IMG/VR virus record: IMGVR_UViG_3300028920_000001
Coordinates: 124,001-188,000 of that record
Direction: 5' to 3' (one strand)
Length of the DNA stretch: 64,000 nt
Made by a program: the position numbers and the translations under genes. Below the pieces are notes generated by a model. It was given only the letters and a program-made list of their open reading frames with translations. It was not told the DNA's origin and did no database searches. Shown piece after piece: positions 62,406 through 64,000 of the stretch (its first letter is position 1; the number at the start of each line of letters is the position of its first letter).

Positions 62406-63140
62406 CTAACCTTTCATATTTACATCGTCTTCGTGACAACAATGACCATAAGCACCTATAGCAAAGTTACAATTATGACAAAGAACACGGTAGCCATCAG
62501 GAAAATTTTGTTCCATTAACCAAAGCCAAAAACTATGAGTTTTCTTACCAAGCTTTCTACGGTGTTTATTTCCTCCGCCATCAATATGATCTATACAAAG
62601 AAATCCAAGATGAGATTCCCCACAACAGGCACATTTTGGTGGATCACCACCATAATATTGAAAAACCGCAGTTTTAATTACTTCCCTTCTTCTCTTGCGA
62701 GATTCACGAAATTGCTCAGCTTTTTCGGGATGAGATTCAAGATATTGTTTATTGTACTCTAAACGTTTTTCTTTATTCTCTCTACCCCAATGTCTGGCCC
62801 ATTTCCTCCTTCTATCTTTCACTTCCGGACGTTCTAAATATTCTTTATCGCATAATTTGCACTTATCCTTGTAAATAGGTTTTCCTTTATATTCAAATGC
62901 CTTTTGTTTACGAAAATCATCAGAAGTAAGTTGTCCATGTTTAGAACAAAAATATCTTGGCTTTTCTTCTAATTTCTTCCCAGTTCGCTTTCTTTCGCGT
63001 TTTCTAACATCAGACTCAGCTGCACATAATCGACAACGATAACTATAAATAGGTTCTCCTGCTGAATTCGTACGAGCAACATATTTATAGTATGCATCAA
63101 TCAACTGCTCGCCATGGCGCTTACAGGTTCGAGTCTCCAT
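62406..63140 (-). CDS. HNH endonuclease with two N-terminal CxxHG/CxxC modules
   Basis: CACCGE...LCIDHIDGGG...VLCHNCN; TCKRHG and FCSKHG modules. Confidence 0.85.
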   Translation of the reverse strand: METRTCKRHGEQLIDAYYKYVARTNSAGEPIYSYRCRLCAAESDVRKRERKRTGKKLEEKPRYFCSKHGQLTSDDFRKQKAFEYKGKPIYKDKCKLCDKEYLERPEVKDRRRKWARHWGRENKEKRLEYNKQYLESHPEKAEQFRESRKRRREVIKTAVFQYYGGDPPKCACCGESHLGFLCIDHIDGGGNKHRRKLGKKTHSFWLWLMEQNFPDGYRVLCHNCNFAIGAYGHCCHEDDVNMKG

Positions 63141-63187
63141 ATTTTAAAATACATCTGAGTTAATTTCTCTCTCATGGTCTATATAGG

Positions 63188-63222
63188 TGAGCCTTCCATG
63201 GATTAAATCCATGGAAGGCTCA
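63188..63222. terminator. perfect 15-bp inverted repeat
   Basis: TGAGCCTTCCATGGA-TTAAA-TCCATGGAAGGCTCA 3' of AAA gene. Confidence 0.6.
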
Positions 63223-63228
63223 ATGAAC

Positions 63229-63256
63229 GACTAACCGTTGGAGGTGACTAACCGTT
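63229..63256. repeat. 11-bp direct repeat, 17-bp period
   Basis: GACTAACCGTT at 63229 and 63246. Confidence 0.6.
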
Positions 63257-63264
63257 CATGGTCG

Positions 63265-63999
63265 TCAATCATCCTTCATGGCTTTGCGTATCTTCATGTA
63301 CACATCCATGAAAGGCTGGTTCTTGGTGAGTTGGAAGTCCGCGATGACCTTCATGTTGAGAGTGGACTTGACCGCTCCGATGCACACCTCACCAGACAGT
63401 TCCTTCAGCCACTTGAAGACGTTCTCGGTGGTCTGATGAACCTGCTTCTTGTGATCCACCTTCTTGTCCTTGGGAGGATTCCGGGTGGCTTCCATGACCG
63501 CATTCACGCCAGCAATGGCGCAGACGAACAGACGGTCGAGAGTCATATCCTTGGGAGGATGCGTGCCCTTCAGGACCAGCGCATCGATCGCCGGCTGGAT
63601 ATGCCGGTAATGCTCGAGCCACACCTTGAACTTGGTTGCAGCACCGGTTCCGACGCGGCCGGCAACCAACAGTTCCTGGAACTCGATGGGATCGTTTGGC
63701 GAAGTGCCGTCCAGGTCACGGGCAGCCAGAGTCCAAGCACGTGGGCTCGGGTGGCAGTATGCCGTTTCGTCACCCTCTGGTGGCTTCTGCAGCAGGAAGT
63801 TGGTATTCCGTGAGAGGAATCCAACGATGAGAGGATTGACACCAGCAGGCACTGCCCAATCTTGCCATGCCTGGAAATCGTGGGTGACTCGGTAGACACC
63901 GCACCGATTCGTCAGGGCATGAGAGACCGTCTGCGAGTAGGCACCCTCGTCCGGCAGGTTGCCTGTCGCGAGGACTGCCTTGAACTTGAGCTTAGTCCC
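63265..63999 (-). CDS. MoxR/AAA_5-type ATPase, 3' part (5' end outside window)
   Basis: Frame open to the window edge: VLATGNLPDEGA (sensor 1), HALTNR (Arg finger), PSPRAW (sensor 2). Confidence 0.88.
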   Translation of the reverse strand, partial: GTKLKFKAVLATGNLPDEGAYSQTVSHALTNRCGVYRVTHDFQAWQDWAVPAGVNPLIVGFLSRNTNFLLQKPPEGDETAYCHPSPRAWTLAARDLDGTSPNDPIEFQELLVAGRVGTGAATKFKVWLEHYRHIQPAIDALVLKGTHPPKDMTLDRLFVCAIAGVNAVMEATRNPPKDKKVDHKKQVHQTTENVFKWLKELSGEVCIGAVKSTLNMKVIADFQLTKNQPFMDVYMKIRKAMKDD

Positions 64000-64000
64000 G

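Noticed and set aside
1-64000. CRISPR array
   Set aside because: No run of regularly spaced identical repeats; the 40-nt hairpins are few, irregularly spaced and covary like RNA structure.
1-64000. Stop-codon reassignment (code 15/4) as seen in some large phages
   Set aside because: Long conserved genes are intact in code 11, and TAA, TAG and TGA all terminate well-defined proteins.

Overview
This looks like a 64-kb slice of a large (jumbo-type) bacteriophage genome. That is an inference from dense, mostly minus-strand, translationally coupled small orphan ORFs, tRNA clusters, homing endonucleases and no bacterial housekeeping operons; no capsid or terminase gene is recognisable. Recognisable genes: a divergent EF-Tu, RtcB, an Rnl2-like RNA ligase, three HNH and one LAGLIDADG endonucleases, DUF488, an SF2 helicase followed by a zinc-ribbon repeat array, a KhpA-like KH protein, an MBL hydrolase, an M16 peptidase, a stand-alone BRCT protein, a catalytically altered OMP-decarboxylase fold, and a MoxR-type AAA/vWA (DUF2201-like) pair. 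There are 13 tRNAs. The main finding is that about 60 of roughly 125 plausible CDSs, unrelated elsewhere in sequence, end in the same C-terminal motif [VI]-x-x-[VI]-M-x-x-COOH (typically ...VMES*). The motif is encoded by varied codons and is absent from nearly all recognisable core enzymes, suggesting a genome-wide C-terminal address, degron or docking system. Other highlights are a 618-nt tmRNA-like RNA with a non-alanine acceptor stem that encloses an antisense kinase-like ORF, a 186-nt tRNA whose anticodon loop is replaced by a ~125-nt structured domain, a covarying 40-nt hairpin present four times, and a promoter-like motif (YGNAAR-N15-YGTA) found about 21 times, often before leaderless starts. 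All calls were made by eye without tools; counts and base-pairings should be verified computationally.
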